Assembly (NCBI GenBank): GCA_963664825.1
Contig: OY761614.1
Location: 2,720,001-2,784,000, forward strand
Source: an uncultured Holophaga sp.
Lineage (GTDB): Bacteria; Acidobacteriota; Holophagae; Holophagales; Holophagaceae
Length of the DNA: 64,000 nucleotides
Reading direction: 5' to 3'
The notes below the pieces were generated by a model that saw only the letters and a program-made list of their open reading frames with translations, was not told the DNA's origin and searched no databases. Shown here piece after piece: positions 18,653 through 28,483 of the stretch. The translations under genes and the position numbers were made by a program. Position 1 is the first letter of the stretch, and every line of letters starts with the position of its first letter.

Positions 18653-19122
18653 TCATGGGCTCCAAGTCCGACTGGGACACGATGCGGCACACGGCCTTGA
18701 CCCTGAAGCAGCTTGGCATTCCCTGCGAGGCCCATGTGGCCAGCGCCCACCGCACACCCGAGAAGGTGATCGAATTCTGCAGGGGCGCCGAAGGCCGGGG
18801 GATGAAGGTGATCATCGCCGCCGCCGGAGGCGCAGCCCATCTGGCTGGCGTCTGCGCCGGTCAGACCCACCTGCCCGTGCTGGGCGTGCCCATGAAGGGC
18901 TGGGCCACCGAAGGCATGGACGCCCTGTTGGCCACGGTCCAGATGCCCACGGGCATTCCCGTTGGGACCCTGGCCATCGGCAAGGCCGGCGCCATCAACG
19001 CCGCCCTGCTGGCCGCCTCCATCCTGGCCCTGGGCGATCCCGCCCTCCGGGAGGCCTACCTGGCTTTCCGCCAGGCCCAGACCCAGAGGGCCCTGGCCGA
19101 CGACGATCTCGTGCTGCCCTGA
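18628..19122 (+). CDS. purE: N5-CAIR mutase
   Basis: [32 protein letters not shown]. Confidence 0.97.
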   Translation: MTKPLVGILMGSKSDWDTMRHTALTLKQLGIPCEAHVASAHRTPEKVIEFCRGAEGRGMKVIIAAAGGAAHLAGVCAGQTHLPVLGVPMKGWATEGMDALLATVQMPTGIPVGTLAIGKAGAINAALLAASILALGDPALREAYLAFRQAQTQRALADDDLVLP

Positions 19123-19126
19123 GGGT

Positions 19127-20614
19127 TCAGCCCTTGGCGCCGAAGAGATGCTTGGTCCGCTCCTTGACGCCTTCCCAGAAACCGGATTCCTTCGCCTTGG
19201 CGGCCCCTTTGGGCGCGCGTCGGAGGGTGATATGCCTCGGGGGGAGATGCTCCCGGGTCACGGTCATGGTCCAGGTCTCGAAGCCGCTCTTGCGCACCAG
19301 GAGCCTGTGGGCGCCTTCCCCTGGCACCTGCAGCTCGCCCAGGGGCGTGAGGCCCTTGAACGCGCCGTTCAGGAGGACCTCGGCCCCGGGCGGATCGCTG
19401 GCGATCACCAGATTCAGGGGCTCGGGGAACAGGTTCAGCTCCAGTGAGCGGTCCTCCCTGCGGAGGCCGTGCTCCAGGCTCTGGTAGCCGGGCTTCTCCA
19501 GGCGCAAGATCCGGCCCTTCCGGGGAATCCGGAGATCCCGAAAGGGCGAACGGCCCAACTCCACATCATCCAGGAAGACCCGGGCCCCTGGGGGAGAGGT
19601 GGTCACGCTGAGGCGCCGGAGGCTGAAGAACCCCTTGTACCAGGCTCCTCCCAGCAGCAGGGCCAGTATCGCGATGCCCAGGAGCAAGGCTCTGCCCGCA
19701 GGGAAAGGCCGGGAGCCTTTTCCTGCGGGGGCCGGAGCAGAGGTGCCCAGGCACGAGGTCTCGGGCATTTCCAGGAGGGCCAAGCATTGGTTTCGGGCCT
19801 CGGGTTCGAGGGGGAGCGCCTCCAGGAGTTCCCGGTAGAAGCTCCGGAGATCGGGATGGCGATCCTCGGGCCGCTTCTGGAAAGCCCGGCTGAAGGTCGC
19901 CCCCAGGCGGGAGTCCATGTGGGACGGGAAGAGCGGAGCCTCGTGGGCGATCTGGTAGAGCAGGCCACTCAGGGATTCCGAACGGAAGGGCAGTTCCCCG
20001 GTCAGGCAATTGAAGGCCGTGACCGCAAAGGCCCAGCGGTCCGAACCCTCGCCGGGGACCTGGTGATCCAGCAGTTCAGGCGCCGCGAAGCTGGGCGTGC
20101 ACATGAGGGTCGAAGTCATGGGGGAAATCTGGCTCGCCCGGGAGATGCCAAAATCCATGAGCTTGAGGCTCCCGGCCCGGCTCACCAAGAAATTCTCCGG
20201 CTTGATATCCCGGTGAGTGATGCCCGCCCCATGGGCGGCCTCCAACGCATGGAGCCCCTGGACCAGGAGTCGCATCGCGCGTCCGGCGGGCAGGGGGCCC
20301 CGGCGGATCTCTTCGGAAAGGGATTCCCCTTCCACGTATTCCATGGCCATGAAGGGGCCCGAATCCGGTGCCTCGCCTACATCGAAGATGGTGACGACGC
20401 CGGGATGATTGAGCTTGGCCGAGATCTGAGCCTCCAGGCGGAACTTGGCCAGGGCATCCTCCCGGATGGCCATATCGCCCCGCACCACCTTGATGGCCAC
20501 CCCCCGTTGGAGCAGGGGATCCTCGGCGAGGTAGACCACGCCCATGGCTCCATGGCCCAATTCGCCGAGCACCTTGAAACGGCCGATGGTCGTGGGATCC
20601 AGGCTCATAGTCAC
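19127..20614 (-). CDS. Hanks-type Ser/Thr kinase with TM helix and two PEGA domains
   Basis: LGHGAMGVVY, VAIK, HRDIKPEN, DFG, APE; TSPPGA/SDPPGA PEGA repeats. Confidence 0.93.
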   Translation of the reverse strand: MTMSLDPTTIGRFKVLGELGHGAMGVVYLAEDPLLQRGVAIKVVRGDMAIREDALAKFRLEAQISAKLNHPGVVTIFDVGEAPDSGPFMAMEYVEGESLSEEIRRGPLPAGRAMRLLVQGLHALEAAHGAGITHRDIKPENFLVSRAGSLKLMDFGISRASQISPMTSTLMCTPSFAAPELLDHQVPGEGSDRWAFAVTAFNCLTGELPFRSESLSGLLYQIAHEAPLFPSHMDSRLGATFSRAFQKRPEDRHPDLRSFYRELLEALPLEPEARNQCLALLEMPETSCLGTSAPAPAGKGSRPFPAGRALLLGIAILALLLGGAWYKGFFSLRRLSVTTSPPGARVFLDDVELGRSPFRDLRIPRKGRILRLEKPGYQSLEHGLRREDRSLELNLFPEPLNLVIASDPPGAEVLLNGAFKGLTPLGELQVPGEGAHRLLVRKSGFETWTMTVTREHLPPRHITLRRAPKGAAKAKESGFWEGVKERTKHLFGAKG

Positions 20615-20701
20615 ATTCTATTGTGCCAGACTTGGCCCCCTTCGTTCATTCCAAGCCCGGGTCTATGCCCCTTGAGTCCCCGTTTCCGCTAGGCTTTTCC
20701 C

Positions 20702-21847
20702 ATGCTTGAGATCGGATTTCCCTCCCGCCGCCCCGCCCAGATCCGTCGCCTGGGTCGCGTCTTCTACGAGGCGGGACTGCGCATGCAGAGGTCCCTGGCC
20801 CTGGGTGTGCGGGAGGGGCGGCTCCCCGATCAGATCCTGCTGCTGGAGCACCCCCCCATCTTCACCCTGGGGCGCAATGCCACCCGGCAGGATATTCATG
20901 TGGACGAAGCCTTCCTGGAAACCCAAGGAGTCGGAGTCTTCGAGACCGATCGCGGCGGGCAGGTGACCTACCATGGACCCGGCCAGCTGGTGGCCTATCC
21001 CATCTGCAATCTGGGGGAGGGCCGCAAGGACCTGACCCGTTTCGTGCGGGGCCTGGAGGAATGCATGATCCGCACTGCCCTGGATTTCGGGGTGGTCGCC
21101 GAGCGGCTCCAGGGTTTCCCGGGGGTCTGGGTGAATACGCCCCGGGGCTGGGAAAAGCTCGGTGCCCTGGGCATCCATCTCAAACACTGGGTCTCGACCC
21201 ACGGCATCGCCTTCAATGTCCGGTCCAACCTGCAGCACTTTAGCTGGATCACCCCCTGCGGTATCGCGGACAAGGGCGTGTGCAGTCTGGCCTCCCTCAT
21301 CGGCGAGGCCGCGCCCACCTGGGATCAGGCCGCGGAGCGGATGGAACAGCACTTCCAAGATGTCTTCGGCTTCGAGGCCCTGCCCGTGGCCGCCCCCTCC
21401 CGCAGCGTCTGCGCGCTCACTTGGCGGCGCGGTCCGGAGGGTCCCGAGATCCTGATGATGCTCCGTCAGCCGGAACAGGGCCTCTGGTGGTCCAGCGTGA
21501 CGGGCATGGTGGAGCCCGGGGAGAGCCTGGAAGAGGCCGCCCACCGGGAACTGCGGGAGGAGACGGGTCTCTCAGGGGTCCTGCGTCCCCTGGATTTCTC
21601 GCACACCTTCTGGGTGGATCCCGCCATCCTGGGCCTGCCCGAGGGCGAACCGCGCTTCAATATCGAGGCCTGCTACCACATGGAAGTGCCCCTCGGCGCC
21701 GAGGTCCAGCTCTTCCAGGGAGAGCATAGCGAATACCGGTGGTGCAGCCTCAGGGAAGCCCAGGGCCTCATGGGTTGGGACGGCTCCCGGGAGGCCCTGA
21801 AGCGCCTCGCGCAGCTCCTGGAAGCCAAACGTGGAAGTCAAAAATGA
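20702..21847 (+). CDS. lipB: Octanoyltransferase LipB fused to C-terminal NUDIX hydrolase
   Basis: LEHPPIFTLG, DRGGQVTYHGPGQL, HGIAFN, ITPCG, followed by the Nudix box GMVEPGESLEEAAHRELREETGL. Confidence 0.92.
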   Translation: MLEIGFPSRRPAQIRRLGRVFYEAGLRMQRSLALGVREGRLPDQILLLEHPPIFTLGRNATRQDIHVDEAFLETQGVGVFETDRGGQVTYHGPGQLVAYPICNLGEGRKDLTRFVRGLEECMIRTALDFGVVAERLQGFPGVWVNTPRGWEKLGALGIHLKHWVSTHGIAFNVRSNLQHFSWITPCGIADKGVCSLASLIGEAAPTWDQAAERMEQHFQDVFGFEALPVAAPSRSVCALTWRRGPEGPEILMMLRQPEQGLWWSSVTGMVEPGESLEEAAHRELREETGLSGVLRPLDFSHTFWVDPAILGLPEGEPRFNIEACYHMEVPLGAEVQLFQGEHSEYRWCSLREAQGLMGWDGSREALKRLAQLLEAKRGSQK

Positions 21848-21948
21848 AAACCACCGCGAAGGATACGGAGAAGAACTGAAAGAGCCAGGATCTTCTCCAG
21901 TTCCTGTACCCGCATTCCTCCGTGGATCCTTTTGAAGCGTGAGCCCGA

Positions 21949-22719
21949 TCAGGGGTATTGGCTCAAGTGCCCGAAGGCGTAGCCCTTGGCACGGAGCTTC
22001 TCGATCAGCTCCTTCAATTCGGTCTCTTCCCAGACCTTGCGGAACATCTCGTCGTGGCAGAGGAGCACGAGATGGCCTTCGGTGACCGTGCGCTTCTCCG
22101 AGAGACGGCGCTCGATGAGGTAGAGCATATCGCCCACGGTCTGCACGGGCGCCCCCGTGTGGGAGTCGTGGGTCCACTCCAGATCCCAGCCGAAGATCCT
22201 GAATCCCGCGGCGAAGAGCTTATCGGCGCAGGCCGAACCGCTCTTCACGTCATCGGAATGGCGCCCCTTGATCCGCCACATGTTCCGGCCCGGAAGGCGG
22301 GCCAGCTGGGTCTGCAGGTGGAGGGCCTTCTGGCAGCGGAGGAAATCCTGAAGCAGGAGCTCCGGTAAATCATAGAACGCATGGTAGCCCTCGGCGGCGT
22401 GGGTGTAGCTATGGTTGCCCACTTCGATCCAGGGGTTGGTCTCGTAGAGCTGGCAGTACGACTTCAACCGTGGATTGGCCATCGCCTGCATGCCCACCAC
22501 GAAGACATTGATCTTGATCTGCTCCCTGCGCACGGCGTCGTCGATATCTTCCGAACCGTTCAAGGGGCCGTCGTCGAAGGTCAGGTAGATCGTGGCCGTG
22601 GGCTGGGCTTTGGGGATGGGCGCCGGCGGCGGGGCCCCGGGCAGTACAAAGACCAGCGCCAGGGATAGGAGAAGGCCGCGACCATATTGGGACACTGAAG
22701 CTCCCGCAAGAAGGACCAT
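21949..22719 (-). CDS. Polysaccharide deacetylase (NodB/CE4), exported
   Basis: YLTFDDGP, GNHSYTH, RLPG, LLCHD; hydrophobic N-terminus. Confidence 0.9.
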   Translation of the reverse strand: MVLLAGASVSQYGRGLLLSLALVFVLPGAPPPAPIPKAQPTATIYLTFDDGPLNGSEDIDDAVRREQIKINVFVVGMQAMANPRLKSYCQLYETNPWIEVGNHSYTHAAEGYHAFYDLPELLLQDFLRCQKALHLQTQLARLPGRNMWRIKGRHSDDVKSGSACADKLFAAGFRIFGWDLEWTHDSHTGAPVQTVGDMLYLIERRLSEKRTVTEGHLVLLCHDEMFRKVWEETELKELIEKLRAKGYAFGHLSQYP

Positions 22720-22746
22720 CCTATCCTGGCGCTGGGCGCGAGGTTC

Positions 22747-23751
22747 CTAAAGTGAGTTCTTGACCTTGCGCAGTGTCTGCAGGGCTCCGGCGAGGCCTTC
22801 GTGGAGGGGCTTGATCTCTTCAGCCTTCCACTGGGCCTTGGGCTTGCGCACGAAGCTGGTCTTGTCCTGGCGGTTATCGAAGCGGGCGGCGGGCAGGTAG
22901 TACACCTTCGTCACGAAGCGCTCGCCTTCGGCCACGACGCGCTCCACCTTGACGGTGTCGGGCTTATCGGACTGCTCCATGAGCCAGGCCATATCGTCGG
23001 TGCCGTAGTGGGCCAGCATCACTTCCATGGGCACGCTGTGGTTCAGGATGCTGCCCTGGGCGTTGGGCAGGCCGCGTTCGATGTTCTTGCGGCGGCTCTC
23101 GCAGGGGTCCACCCACACGTAGAGGATGGAGGACTTCTCCAGGATCTGCGGGCTGAGCTGTTGGAAGGCGCTCCAGTAGCCGTGGGGCGGGCAGATGGGG
23201 AAGGCGCTGCCATTGGGTCCACCGCGGGCGCACTCGATGACGATGGTCTTGCCCGTGCGGTCCTGACTGCACGTGGCGTTGAGCACGTCCAACTCGTGCC
23301 GGGCCTCGGCCTCGATGGCTTCGGCCACCTTCCGGCGGATGCCGTAGGGGACCTGGCCCATGGATTCGGGCAGGCCCACCTTGGCGCAGGCGGCGTCCAT
23401 GCGGTCCATGAGGGCCTGGGCGGGGCTGAGGGGATTGAAGGTGCGGCGGTGCACGAGGTTGTCGTAATCCTCGTTGAGCAACTCGATGAGGACGGCCCAG
23501 GTCCAATCGTCCTGGAAGGGGCGGGTGGGGCCCTTGTAGTAGACGTCGTGCCAGCCGTTGGCCCTCAGCTCGTCATCGATGCGATGCATCATGTGGACGT
23601 AGGGATAGTCGTCCAGCTGGACCGTGGGCCCCATGGCCATCTCCTGGACACACTGCTCCGGCGTCAGGCTGGACATGTAGGTGCGGGTCTCGGATTTGCC
23701 CGAGGCCGGCAGGGAGAAGATGAGGACGGTATCGAGGATCTGGGTGGCCAT
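22747..23751 (-). CDS. Hypothetical P-loop-like (nucleotide kinase-like) protein
   Basis: The true start appears to be MATQILD after an AAGGA RBS. It has an N-terminal LPASGKS motif and strongly biased codons. Confidence 0.7.
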   Translation of the reverse strand: MATQILDTVLIFSLPASGKSETRTYMSSLTPEQCVQEMAMGPTVQLDDYPYVHMMHRIDDELRANGWHDVYYKGPTRPFQDDWTWAVLIELLNEDYDNLVHRRTFNPLSPAQALMDRMDAACAKVGLPESMGQVPYGIRRKVAEAIEAEARHELDVLNATCSQDRTGKTIVIECARGGPNGSAFPICPPHGYWSAFQQLSPQILEKSSILYVWVDPCESRRKNIERGLPNAQGSILNHSVPMEVMLAHYGTDDMAWLMEQSDKPDTVKVERVVAEGERFVTKVYYLPAARFDNRQDKTSFVRKPKAQWKAEEIKPLHEGLAGALQTLRKVKNSL

Positions 23752-23916
23752 CTGTTCCTTTCTCAATATGCAACGCTCCAGCTTCCCATGGGAGTCCATG
23801 GAGGACAGCATGGAATTTTCAGTACCGATCAAAAAAATGTCTATTGCGGCCCTCGGCCCAGACAGGGCGTCTGTTCGGCCTTCTGGGCCCGGGTTGCCGC
23901 TATTCTGAAGGGTCCG

Positions 23917-25656
23917 ATGCGAGACCGCGAACTCGTCCAGCGCGTGAAAGACGCGACCGATCTGGTGGCCCTGGTGGGCCAGGCGGTGAAGCTGCGCAAG
24001 CAGGGCAGTGCCTGGGTGGGGCTCTGTCCCTTCCATTCGGAGCGCAGCCCCAGCTTCCAGGTGGTGGGGGACCGCGGCTTCTACCACTGCTTCGGATGCG
24101 CCAAGCACGGAGATGCCTTCACCTGGCTGCAGGAGCGGGAGGGCCTGACCTTCCCCGAGGCCCTCGAACAGCTGGCCCGGCAGGCCGGGATCGAAATGCC
24201 CAAGGTGCGTGAGCGCTCGGCTTCCGAGATGGATCTGGAAGAGCGGATGCGCGCCGCCCTGGATTCGGCTCAGGCCTACTATCAGGCCCGGCTCCGGGAA
24301 ACGCCCAAGGCCCTCGAATACCTGAACAAGCGCGGCATCCGGGAATCCTTCATTTCGGAGGCGGGCTTCGGCTTCGCGCCGGAGGGATGGGAGAACCTCG
24401 TGGGGCACCTGCGCAAGGCGGGCTTCTCCAACGAGCTCATCGAACAGACGGGGCTGGCGGGGCGCAGCGAGCGCGGCACCCTCATCGATTTCCTCCGCAA
24501 CCGCCTCACCATCCCCATCCACGATGGCCGGGGACGCCTCATCGCCTTCGGTGGGCGGGCCTTCGGCGAGGACAAGCCCAAGTATCTGAACACCCGCGAG
24601 ACGCCCCTCTTCAGTAAGGGCTCCGTGCTCTTCGGGTTCAATCGGGCCAAGGGCGGCTTCAAGGAGGGGGCCCTGGTGGTGGAGGGCTACTTCGATGTGC
24701 TCCAGCTCCATCAGGACGGCGTGAACCAGGCCGTGGCCCCCCTGGGTACGGCGCTCACCGAGAACCATCTCCAGATGCTGCACCGCTTCACCAAGCGGCT
24801 GGTGCTCTGCTTCGACGGGGACGCCGCGGGCATTCGGGCCATGGAGAAGGGCTTGAGGCTGGCGTTGCCCGCGGGCTTCGACGTGAGGCTCCTGCTGCTG
24901 CCCATGGGCGAGGATCCCGACACCTGGTGTCTGAAACTGGGGGCCGAGGCCTTCCGGGAATTAGTGCGGAACGCGCCGGACTGGACGAGCTTCGTCATCA
25001 ACCGGGCCCTCGATGGCAAGGATGTGCGGCGCATTCCCGACCGCATGGCCGCCCTGCGGGAGCTGGCGGAATTCCTGGGTTTCCTGCCCAATACGCCGGA
25101 ACGTCGGGAACTCTTCGCGAGCCTGTCCCACCAGCTCCAGATCCCCCTCTCGGAGTTCGATCATGCGGTGAAGAGCCGGACCCTGGTTCCGGAGCGACCC
25201 TCGGAGGAACCCTCCCCCAGTGCTGTGGTGGAGATCGATGATCTGCTCCGCCCCTTCCTGGCCCTCTGCATGGATCCGGGGGTGCGCGCGAGGATGAGTG
25301 AGCTGCCCTTCGCCTGGTGGGAGAGCCTCACCGGAGCGCCCCTGTTGCAGTGCCTGTTGGATGCCGAGGGCGAGGATGACCGCATCCCGGAAGGTGCCCT
25401 GGCCGCCATTCGCCATGCCCAGGCAGCCTGGGCATCCAAGGACGAATCGGAACTCGCCCCGGAGGGCGCCATCCAAAATCTGGAAGCGGCCTACGTGCAG
25501 CGTGAGATCCAGGCCCTTACGCGCCAAATTCAAGCTCCGGCCACGTTGGCCGATCCAATTTACCTAGGGCAGATCCAATCACGGCTTTCCGGGCTGCTCT
25601 CCCGTAAGTCCGAACTCAAAAAACAGCAGCGCCGGCGGCGCTTCGCTTCCCTTTAA
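23917..25656 (+). CDS. dnaG: DNA primase
   Basis: CPFH...CFGC zinc finger, KYLNT, VVEGYFDV, FDGDAAG, EDPD. Confidence 0.97.
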   Translation: MRDRELVQRVKDATDLVALVGQAVKLRKQGSAWVGLCPFHSERSPSFQVVGDRGFYHCFGCAKHGDAFTWLQEREGLTFPEALEQLARQAGIEMPKVRERSASEMDLEERMRAALDSAQAYYQARLRETPKALEYLNKRGIRESFISEAGFGFAPEGWENLVGHLRKAGFSNELIEQTGLAGRSERGTLIDFLRNRLTIPIHDGRGRLIAFGGRAFGEDKPKYLNTRETPLFSKGSVLFGFNRAKGGFKEGALVVEGYFDVLQLHQDGVNQAVAPLGTALTENHLQMLHRFTKRLVLCFDGDAAGIRAMEKGLRLALPAGFDVRLLLLPMGEDPDTWCLKLGAEAFRELVRNAPDWTSFVINRALDGKDVRRIPDRMAALRELAEFLGFLPNTPERRELFASLSHQLQIPLSEFDHAVKSRTLVPERPSEEPSPSAVVEIDDLLRPFLALCMDPGVRARMSELPFAWWESLTGAPLLQCLLDAEGEDDRIPEGALAAIRHAQAAWASKDESELAPEGAIQNLEAAYVQREIQALTRQIQAPATLADPIYLGQIQSRLSGLLSRKSELKKQQRRRRFASL

Positions 25657-25690
25657 ATCCAACGCTGCCCATTCAAAAACGCAATGGCCC

Positions 25691-25718
25691 TTGCGGGATT
25701 TTGGAAGCCTCCTATACT
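25691..25718 (+). promoter_or_regulatory. Putative sigma70 promoter upstream of rpoD
   Basis: TTGCGG, 16 bp spacer, TATACT in the dnaG-rpoD spacer. Confidence 0.45.
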
Positions 25719-25833
25719 GAAAGGTTCCGGGCGCCTTTGGCATAATGGGATTTTCTAGCCCTTCGGCCGACTCCCGATTTCCGCCCATGCCTTCCCTCCC
25801 CTAGGATCGCCCGATCCGTGGCTCTTTGAGGTC

Positions 25834-27549
25834 TTGATGGTCCCCACCCCATCCCGTGACAGTTATTTCCAGCTCACGAAAGCGCTCATCTCCCTCGGCA
25901 GGACCCGCGGCTTCATCCTGGTCGACGAGCTCAATGCGTTCCTCCCGGCCTCCGCATCCTCCCCTGAGGATGTTGAAAATGTCATCGGTATGTTCGCCAA
26001 GCTCGGTCTGGGCGTGGGTGCCACCGAAGCGGAGGCCCTGGCCAACCGGGAAATGATGGAGCCCGAGGCTCTGATTTCCGAGGCCCCGGTCAAGGTCGAC
26101 AAGGAATCCGAGGTCGATATCGATTCGCCGGATACGGACAAGTTCAATGATCCCGTGCGGATGTACCTCAAGGAGATGGGCACAGTGCCCCTCCTCAAGC
26201 GCGAGGACGAAGTCGAGATTGCCAAGCGCATCGAGACGGGCGTCCGACGGGTCATGCGTGCCCTCTCCCGCTCCCGCCTGGCTGTGAGCCTCCTTATCGA
26301 TATCGGCAGGATGCTCAAAGACAACCCCGGCAAGATCCGCGAGGTGGTGGGTCTCTCCGATGAGGTGGATGAGGACGAGGATGCCGAGAGCACCTCGGCC
26401 ACTCAGCATGTGCATCACCAGTTCGAGAAGCTGCTGGGCTACGAACAGGCCCTCCAGGATCTGATCGAGCTCAAGAACAGCGGCAAGACGCTGCCCAAGA
26501 AGCGGAAGATCGATCGGGAGATCCTCCTGGGGCGCGGCCGCGTGGCCCGTCAGGTGCGCCGCCTGGGCCTCAATAGCCTGGCTGTCACCCGCCTCATCGA
26601 CAAGATCACCCAGAACCACAAACAGGTCCGGGAAGGGGAGCGGCGCCTGCGCGAATTGGCCGATCGCCTGAAGAACCCGGCCTTCGCCAGCCTGAAGGAA
26701 AAATACGAAAAGGAGATCACTCAGATTGAATCCGAACTGGCCCGCTTCTTCGCCAAGTTCGAGACCAAGACCGAGTGGTTCCACGACGACTATGGTGCCC
26801 TCAAGGACGCGGAGAGCATTAGCCGCTCGGCCAAGGCCGAACTCACCGAGGCCAATCTCCGCCTCGTGGTCTCCATCGCCAAGCGCTACACCAACCGCGG
26901 CCTGCAGTTCCTGGATCTCATCCAGGAGGGCAATATCGGTTTGATGAAGGCCGTCGACAAGTTCGAATACAGCCGCGGCTTCAAGTTCTCGACCTACGCC
27001 ACCTGGTGGATCCGCCAGGCCATCACCCGCGCCATCGCCGATCAGGCCCGGACGATCCGCATCCCCGTGCATATGATCGAGACCATCAATAAGCTCATCC
27101 GCACACAGCGCGAACTGGTGCAGAAGCTGGGCCGCGAACCCTCCAGCGAGGAGATTGCCCACGCCATGGAGATGCCCGTCTCCAAGGTGCGCAAGGTGAT
27201 GAAGATCGCCCAGGAGCCCATCAGCCTGGAGACCCCCATCGGCGAGGAGGAGGATAGCCACCTCGGTGACTTCATCGAGGACAAGACCGTCACCTCCCCC
27301 GTGGAGCAGGTGGTCCAGCAGCGCCTCAAGGAGACCGTCAATTCCGTGCTCCAGACCCTCACCGAGCGCGAGGAGAAGGTCCTGCGCATGCGCTTCGGCG
27401 TGGGCGATGAGGCCAGCGAACACACCCTGGAAGAGGTCGGCAGCGAGTTCGCCGTCACCCGGGAGCGCATCCGCCAGATCGAGTCCAAGGCGCTGAGAAA
27501 AATTCGGCATCCGCGTTACAGCAAAACCCTGAAAGCATTCCTGGGCTAA
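25834..27549 (+). CDS. rpoD: RNA polymerase primary sigma factor
   Basis: [60 protein letters not shown]. Confidence 0.98.
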   Translation: MMVPTPSRDSYFQLTKALISLGRTRGFILVDELNAFLPASASSPEDVENVIGMFAKLGLGVGATEAEALANREMMEPEALISEAPVKVDKESEVDIDSPDTDKFNDPVRMYLKEMGTVPLLKREDEVEIAKRIETGVRRVMRALSRSRLAVSLLIDIGRMLKDNPGKIREVVGLSDEVDEDEDAESTSATQHVHHQFEKLLGYEQALQDLIELKNSGKTLPKKRKIDREILLGRGRVARQVRRLGLNSLAVTRLIDKITQNHKQVREGERRLRELADRLKNPAFASLKEKYEKEITQIESELARFFAKFETKTEWFHDDYGALKDAESISRSAKAELTEANLRLVVSIAKRYTNRGLQFLDLIQEGNIGLMKAVDKFEYSRGFKFSTYATWWIRQAITRAIADQARTIRIPVHMIETINKLIRTQRELVQKLGREPSSEEIAHAMEMPVSKVRKVMKIAQEPISLETPIGEEEDSHLGDFIEDKTVTSPVEQVVQQRLKETVNSVLQTLTEREEKVLRMRFGVGDEASEHTLEEVGSEFAVTRERIRQIESKALRKIRHPRYSKTLKAFLG

Positions 27550-27554
27550 CCAGC

Positions 27555-27752
27555 GGGCGCAGCGCCCAAGTGGGTCGGCGGATTTGTGAGCCCGAAGCAG
27601 GAGCGGAGGCTCCATCTCCGCGAGCTATAGCGAGTGGGAGGGCGCACTGCGCCGGATAGATGGAGGGCCACAGGCCGAAGGCCTGCCGAACCGGCGAGGC
27701 CCAAGAGGGGCCAAGTGAGCATCCGAAGGATGCGAACAGGATCCGCTCTCTG
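27555..27752. repeat. Multi-hairpin palindromic intergenic element
   Basis: At least six nested inverted repeats, including CAGGCC-GAA-GGCCTG and GCATCC-GAA-GGATGC. Confidence 0.6.
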
Positions 27753-27832
27753 CTATTCCGAGTCCTCCGCAGCCAACATTGAACCCCTTGTCCTTTCCGA
27801 TCATCCTGGAATTGAGCATCCCAGGAGATTCC

Positions 27833-28420
27833 ATGCGCTTGCCCCTTCTTCTCGCCCTGGGCCTCGTGGCCCCGCACGTCTTTGCCCAGGCGCCCGATAC
27901 GTTGGAGGGGGTCTTCACGGTGGGCGCCGCGGTGCCCCTTGGCGCCTGGTCGGACCAGGTCCAGGGCAGCGTACAGGCGGGCATCGGCGGACGCTACCAT
28001 CTGGGCGCCATCTCCCTGGGGGCCGAGCTTTTCATCGCCCAGGGCCATTCGAAGCGCCTGGCCTCTTCTGGTGAGGATGGGGACCTGAGCACCGTGGGCC
28101 TCGTGCCCCAGCTTTTCGTGCCCCTCTACACGGGAAGCCAATGGCAGGGCTACGCCCTCGTGGGTGTCGGTCTAGCCCATGTCTGGGCCACCGACGGATA
28201 CCGGACGGATCTCGTGCCCACGGCCGACGGCCCTCAGGCCAGCACCTATGGAGGCTCGACGACCTGGCACACCACCCGGCCCGTGGGCATGGCCGGAGTC
28301 GGATTGCTGCGCCATTCCAAGGCCGGGAGGCGCATCGGCCTCGAGGCGCGGTGGCAGCGCGTGGCCACTCCGGGGATCCGGTCAGACACCCTCTCCACCT
28401 GCCTTGTCCTGACCTGGTAG
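27833..28420 (+). CDS. Small outer-membrane beta-barrel protein
   Basis: Signal peptide, alternating amphipathic strands and terminal Trp; AGGAG RBS. Confidence 0.75.
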   Translation: MRLPLLLALGLVAPHVFAQAPDTLEGVFTVGAAVPLGAWSDQVQGSVQAGIGGRYHLGAISLGAELFIAQGHSKRLASSGEDGDLSTVGLVPQLFVPLYTGSQWQGYALVGVGLAHVWATDGYRTDLVPTADGPQASTYGGSTTWHTTRPVGMAGVGLLRHSKAGRRIGLEARWQRVATPGIRSDTLSTCLVLTW

Positions 28421-28483
28421 GCCTCCTCCTGATTTTTTATCGCCGCCTCGACCTCCCCCTGGGGCCCGATTCGCGGCATCCTG

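Noticed and set aside
21844..21879. 11-codon ORF MKTTAKDTEKN overlapping the lipB stop
   Set aside because: Too short to support, with no downstream co-directional gene to regulate.
22747..25656. Apparent overlapping 678-aa and 951-aa ORFs (possible dnaG fusion)
   Set aside because: Each is a real gene extended through the antisense of the other. The true starts are 23751 (-) and 23917 (+).
27550..27780. tRNA expected downstream of rpoD
   Set aside because: No cloverleaf, T-loop GTTCGA or CCA end is present. Reported instead as a palindromic element.
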